Below, piece by piece: positions 60,154 to 64,000 of a stretch of DNA of 64,000 bases. The position numbers and the translations under genes are program-made. The stretch lies in assembly GCA_030603365.1 (NCBI GenBank), contig JAUVXV010000007.1, positions 1 through 64,000 on the forward strand, read 5' to 3'. Under the pieces are notes generated by a model. That model did not search any database. It was not told where the DNA came from and saw only the letters and a list, made by a program, of their open reading frames with translations. Numbering within the stretch: position 1 is the stretch's first letter; every line of letters starts with the position of its first letter. The DNA comes from Candidatus Heimdallarchaeota archaeon. Lineage in GTDB: Archaea; Asgardarchaeota; Heimdallarchaeia; Heimdallarchaeales; Heimdallarchaeaceae.

Positions 60154-60750
60154 TTAATTGTTAAGAATTTTTTCCATAGCTTCTATTGTTGAGTTATCAT
60201 AAATTGAGGTTTGGAACAATACTACATTTTCCAATTTGTCCAAATCAAGATATTGTTTAAAGACTCTCATAGCATCATCTCGATTATCTTCTGTAATTAG
60301 ATCCATTTTGTGAGCAAAGACATAAACTCTTGGATCATCTGAGTATTGGTAAACATTTCTTAGTGCTCTTAACAAATACTGTCTTGACGAAGCATAAGCA
60401 CCTAAATTTACCGCTTCAATAACAAAAATCAAAGCTTTGACATTAGCAAAGATTTCCTGTTTAGAAACTTCAATAGCTTCTTCCAGATAAGAAATTTGAC
60501 CTCCAACATCATAGGTGAAGATTTTATGATCATTATAATTATACTTCATACGTTCAAACCTAACAGTAGCAACAAGATCTTCTGTATCCTCAGGTGCTCT
60601 CCCTTCAAATACGGTTTTTATAATAGAAGTCTTCCCTGTTTGAGTTAAACCTAAGAAAAGAATTTTACTACTAGAAGTATCACTCACCATTTCTTCAATA
60701 AGATTCTCTTCTTCTTTTATGTCTTGGTCTAAATAACTCATCATTTGCAA
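60154..60750 (-). CDS. Rag/Gtr-like small GTPase (stand-alone G domain)
   Basis: G1 GLTQTGKTS, G2 T, G3 DVGGQ, G4 HKMD, G5 TSI. Confidence 0.88.
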   Translation of the reverse strand: MQMMSYLDQDIKEEENLIEEMVSDTSSSKILFLGLTQTGKTSIIKTVFEGRAPEDTEDLVATVRFERMKYNYNDHKIFTYDVGGQISYLEEAIEVSKQEIFANVKALIFVIEAVNLGAYASSRQYLLRALRNVYQYSDDPRVYVFAHKMDLITEDNRDDAMRVFKQYLDLDKLENVVLFQTSIYDNSTIEAMEKILNN

Positions 60751-60906
60751 TCTTACTTACTAAAATAAAAATATTTCTAAAATCACAACAAAAGTTATAA
60801 CTAATCTGTTAGGTCAAAATAATGATTCTGTAAATGTCGAATATTTGAGACTTAAGAAAAGTTTAATATTTAGTTTATTCATTTTTTTTAAAAAGATGGT
60901 TCATTT

Positions 60907-63900
60907 ATGAATAATAAGTTCAAAGACTTATTTGTGCTTCTGTTATGTTTATCATCAATATACTATTTCAACATAATAAATGAACCTCTTAACAATGAAA
61001 ATTATAACATTAATTTAGAAGACCAATTATGTAATTTACCAATTGCTGAAAATCCAGAAGATGATTTTTGGATAGATAATCCTTACAGCATAAAACAAAC
61101 ACTTGAACCTGGAGATTTTCAACTTAGAGGTTTTTTCGTCCATGATTCCTTTGTCACTTTGAATCAAGATGGAACAGTCTTTGTGCTGGAACGATTTGAA
61201 GATATGTATGAAGATGGAAGTGGAGCTGTTAAAAAGAAACTAGAAATAGATAATACTAAGGTTTCTACCTGGCCATCCCAAAATGATACATACAAATATC
61301 TAAATGAAGAAATTTCCCCATTCACAAACTCCACAATGTTTACTTCTATATTTAATGCCGATTCTCTCATTACAGGAGAAGTCCATGTTCTTACACATCT
61401 TAAATCTGGCGGATATGATCCTCAAATAAACGTTACTCTTAAAGTGAGTCTAGCTTTTTTTAATCCAATAGATAGCAATACAACAGAAATTGCATCACTA
61501 GAGACAGCGATAGAAGTAGGTTTAAGCGAACTCAACCAAACAGTTTTCAATCTTGAGCTTAACAACACTTATTTCATACCTGCTGGGTATAGATTAAAAC
61601 TATCATTTAAGGCAAAAGTTTCTGATACTACTTTAAGAGCTGATGTTGAAATACTAACAAGTGAGAGAGGAGACTTTCCCTATACATGGGAAATTGTTGA
61701 TGGTATATATTCTAACAATTTCACATTCCTTGATTATAACAAAGTATTAGGTATGCAAATACGATATATGGATGTAGAGTATCCTGACATCTTTATTTCT
61801 GGAGTAACTAATGATTCGTTTTATTATGAAGTAATGAATATAACAATTGGTACAACTGGATCTATAAGGAATTCCTATAACTGGGACAATGGTTCTACAA
61901 TCTTTTTTGGAACTTCATCTATAACAATTCTTTTACCTGATACTGAAGGATGGCATTATCTTTATGTTACTGCAAAAGATGAATATGACAATTTAAGAGG
62001 TGTGCTCTATAAGTTTGGATATGATCCTACTTTTGCAGATTTAATATTAAATAGCCCAACTAATGGTTCTATTATTTCTTTAGATTCAATAATAGATTTC
62101 TCAGCTTCTGGATTACATAATTTTCGATATGAATGGGATAACAATGGAACAATAACTGAATTACTAACCCCATATGATATTTCTTCTATACCTGTTTCAG
62201 ATGGCTTACATATTTTATCAATCTATATCAATGATACTTTTGAAGAAACGAAAGTGAATTTTGCATTCTTTGTTGATAATAGCGGCCCACTCATAGAATT
62301 ATATAATGTCATAGATGGTTCAACACAACCAGCAGGAAAAGTTATTGAAGTTAATATTACAGATATACGACCTTTATCATATGTCCAATATAACTGGGAT
62401 GACAAATCAGATCTTGCTTGGACACCAAGTGAAGGAACTATTTTCAAAACCTATCTTCCAGAATCATTGGGGATACACAATTTAACAATTTTTGCAAATG
62501 ATTCATATGGATTTACAAGTGCGGCATATTTCTCCTTTGATGTTGATCCAGATCAAATTCTTATTGAGCTTAGAACAATGAAAGACAATTCGTATTATTA
62601 TGGTGGAGATATAGTAGAAGTAACAGTTTCAGGGATAAATGGATCGATCTTCTTCTCATGGGATGGAGGACCAGAAATAAATGGAACTGATTTTTGGGAT
62701 TCAGTAAATAGTATACTAACATTGAATGGCACGAATGCTTTGTCTATAGATTATACGTATGTGCATTATCTGAATATAACATCTTTTGATAAAGATGATG
62801 TTAAATATAGTGTTGTTTTTACGTTTACTTTAGATCAAGAAAACCCAACAGAAGAGGGTTCAAATGTTAGTGATTTAAATGGAACTAGACATAAAAGTTC
62901 AGAGAGTCTAGTGTTTCTTTTTGATGACAATTTTACTACTGATAGCAACCTAATCATATTAGTGTCCATAGATGGAAATACAAATCAAACTCTATCTTCC
63001 CAATATACTCTAGACTTATATTTGTTAACTGAAGGTGAATATAACTTAACGATTTATGTTTCTGATATAGCAGGCAATTATTTCATCATAAGTATCATAA
63101 TATTCGTAGATGATAGTGCCCCAGTAGTTGATTCACTAGATATTGATAACTTTGCTGATTTAATAGATGGTTCGAAATATGTTCCTGCTAACATTCATGT
63201 AGAAATAAGTTTAACTGATGAAGATCCATTAATTTATAGCTATTATTCTTGGAATAATTCCGCTTTCATTCTTTTTGTAGATAGTTTTGATCTAGTTTCT
63301 GATGAAGGATTATCAACTTTAGTTATCAAAGTAAATGATTCAGCAGGCAACTTCTATATAGCTTTCAGTCAAAATGTAATTGTTGATATCGAAGCTCCAA
63401 TAATTAATTTTGTTTTTCCATATAACTATTCTATCATTAATTCAGATACAAATCTGAATTTCCTTGCCCAAGACATAAAGGATCAAACAATTGAAACTTT
63501 AAAATATACTTGGGACATCTTGCCTGGTGCAGATTTCTATATTGGAGATCCAGAATTCACCATTAATGCTTTAGAGTTTTATAATCACGATTCTATTGCA
63601 ATATTATCTATTCATGCTGAAGATATTGTAGGGAACATCAAACTATATAATTTTAGTTTTACAATTGATAAAGAAGCACCAATAGCAGAGATTCAAATTT
63701 ATGATTATCTTTCCGATAGCTATATACCTATTTTTGATGCTAACAACAGCTATGTCTCAGAAAGTAGCGATATTATAATCAATGATGTTTCAAGTGATAT
63801 AAAATCGTTTATCTACATCTGGGATGAGAATGGAACAGAATTTGTATTAGAGTCTCCATGGGTATTTCCAGCAATAACTTTAACTGGAACTCACTCTATC

Positions 63901-64000
63901 AAATTTATTCTTCTGGATACATCAGGTGAGGGAACATCTCCAAACATCAATATCTTCTACTATAATTTCACAATAAGGATTAAGGGTAATCTGCTTTTGC
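60907..64000 (+). CDS. Large secreted Ig-like repeat surface protein, 3'-truncated (absent from the ORF track)
   Basis: ATG 60907 (MNNKFKDLFVLLLCLSS...). Frame 1 appears open to the window end (over 1030 aa). Recurrent YxWD, GxHxLxIxAxD, DxAGN and D...P motifs; many sequons. Confidence 0.85.
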   Translation, partial: MNNKFKDLFVLLLCLSSIYYFNIINEPLNNENYNINLEDQLCNLPIAENPEDDFWIDNPYSIKQTLEPGDFQLRGFFVHDSFVTLNQDGTVFVLERFEDMYEDGSGAVKKKLEIDNTKVSTWPSQNDTYKYLNEEISPFTNSTMFTSIFNADSLITGEVHVLTHLKSGGYDPQINVTLKVSLAFFNPIDSNTTEIASLETAIEVGLSELNQTVFNLELNNTYFIPAGYRLKLSFKAKVSDTTLRADVEILTSERGDFPYTWEIVDGIYSNNFTFLDYNKVLGMQIRYMDVEYPDIFISGVTNDSFYYEVMNITIGTTGSIRNSYNWDNGSTIFFGTSSITILLPDTEGWHYLYVTAKDEYDNLRGVLYKFGYDPTFADLILNSPTNGSIISLDSIIDFSASGLHNFRYEWDNNGTITELLTPYDISSIPVSDGLHILSIYINDTFEETKVNFAFFVDNSGPLIELYNVIDGSTQPAGKVIEVNITDIRPLSYVQYNWDDKSDLAWTPSEGTIFKTYLPESLGIHNLTIFANDSYGFTSAAYFSFDVDPDQILIELRTMKDNSYYYGGDIVEVTVSGINGSIFFSWDGGPEINGTDFWDSVNSILTLNGTNALSIDYTYVHYLNITSFDKDDVKYSVVFTFTLDQENPTEEGSNVSDLNGTRHKSSESLVFLFDDNFTTDSNLIILVSIDGNTNQTLSSQYTLDLYLLTEGEYNLTIYVSDIAGNYFIISIIIFVDDSAPVVDSLDIDNFADLIDGSKYVPANIHVEISLTDEDPLIYSYYSWNNSAFILFVDSFDLVSDEGLSTLVIKVNDSAGNFYIAFSQNVIVDIEAPIINFVFPYNYSIINSDTNLNFLAQDIKDQTIETLKYTWDILPGADFYIGDPEFTINALEFYNHDSIAILSIHAEDIVGNIKLYNFSFTIDKEAPIAEIQIYDYLSDSYIPIFDANNSYVSESSDIIINDVSSDIKSFIYIWDENGTEFVLESPWVFPAITLTGTHSIKFILLDTSGEGTSPNINIFYYNFTIRIKGNLLL

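Noticed and set aside
1-64000. tRNA, rRNA, IS elements and recognisable defence systems
   Set aside because: No GC-rich structured RNA segments, transposase motifs or known defence gene sets seen by eye. tRNAscan-SE, Infernal and DefenseFinder would be needed to exclude them formally.

Overview
AT-rich, gene-dense archaeal chromosomal segment, most likely from an Asgard archaeon (Heimdallarchaeia-like). This assignment is an inference from a Rag/Gtr-type small GTPase, TPR proteins with a longin-like C-terminus, a PARP-type zinc finger, TATA/BRE-like promoters and C-terminally anchored surface proteins. About 47 CDSs cover transport (MFS, ECF, lactate permease, MMPL, three orphan solute-binding proteins), peptide, amino-acid, fatty-acid and glycan catabolism (M1 and M28 peptidases, aminotransferases, ornithine cyclodeaminase, acyl-CoA ligase, GH38, pectate lyase), GNAT/APH enzymes and TPR/HEAT proteins. 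No rRNA, tRNA, CRISPR array or transposase was seen. Strongest leads: (1) a Xer-family recombinase with an extra N-terminal HTH, a 28-bp dif-like site (ATGCAGTATAA-CTTATG-TTATACCGCAC, 58239-58266) and an identical 13-bp half-site in the recombinase's own promoter; (2) two tandem, circularly permuted family-5 solute-binding proteins; (3) a threonine-synthase-like protein with the PLP lysine replaced by Arg, fused to a winged HTH; (4) a PARP1/ligase III-type zinc-finger protein; (5) an RS/RD-rich protein with four zinc ribbons and a structured leader; (6) a probable CTG start codon. All calls come from reading the sequence by eye; no searches were run.
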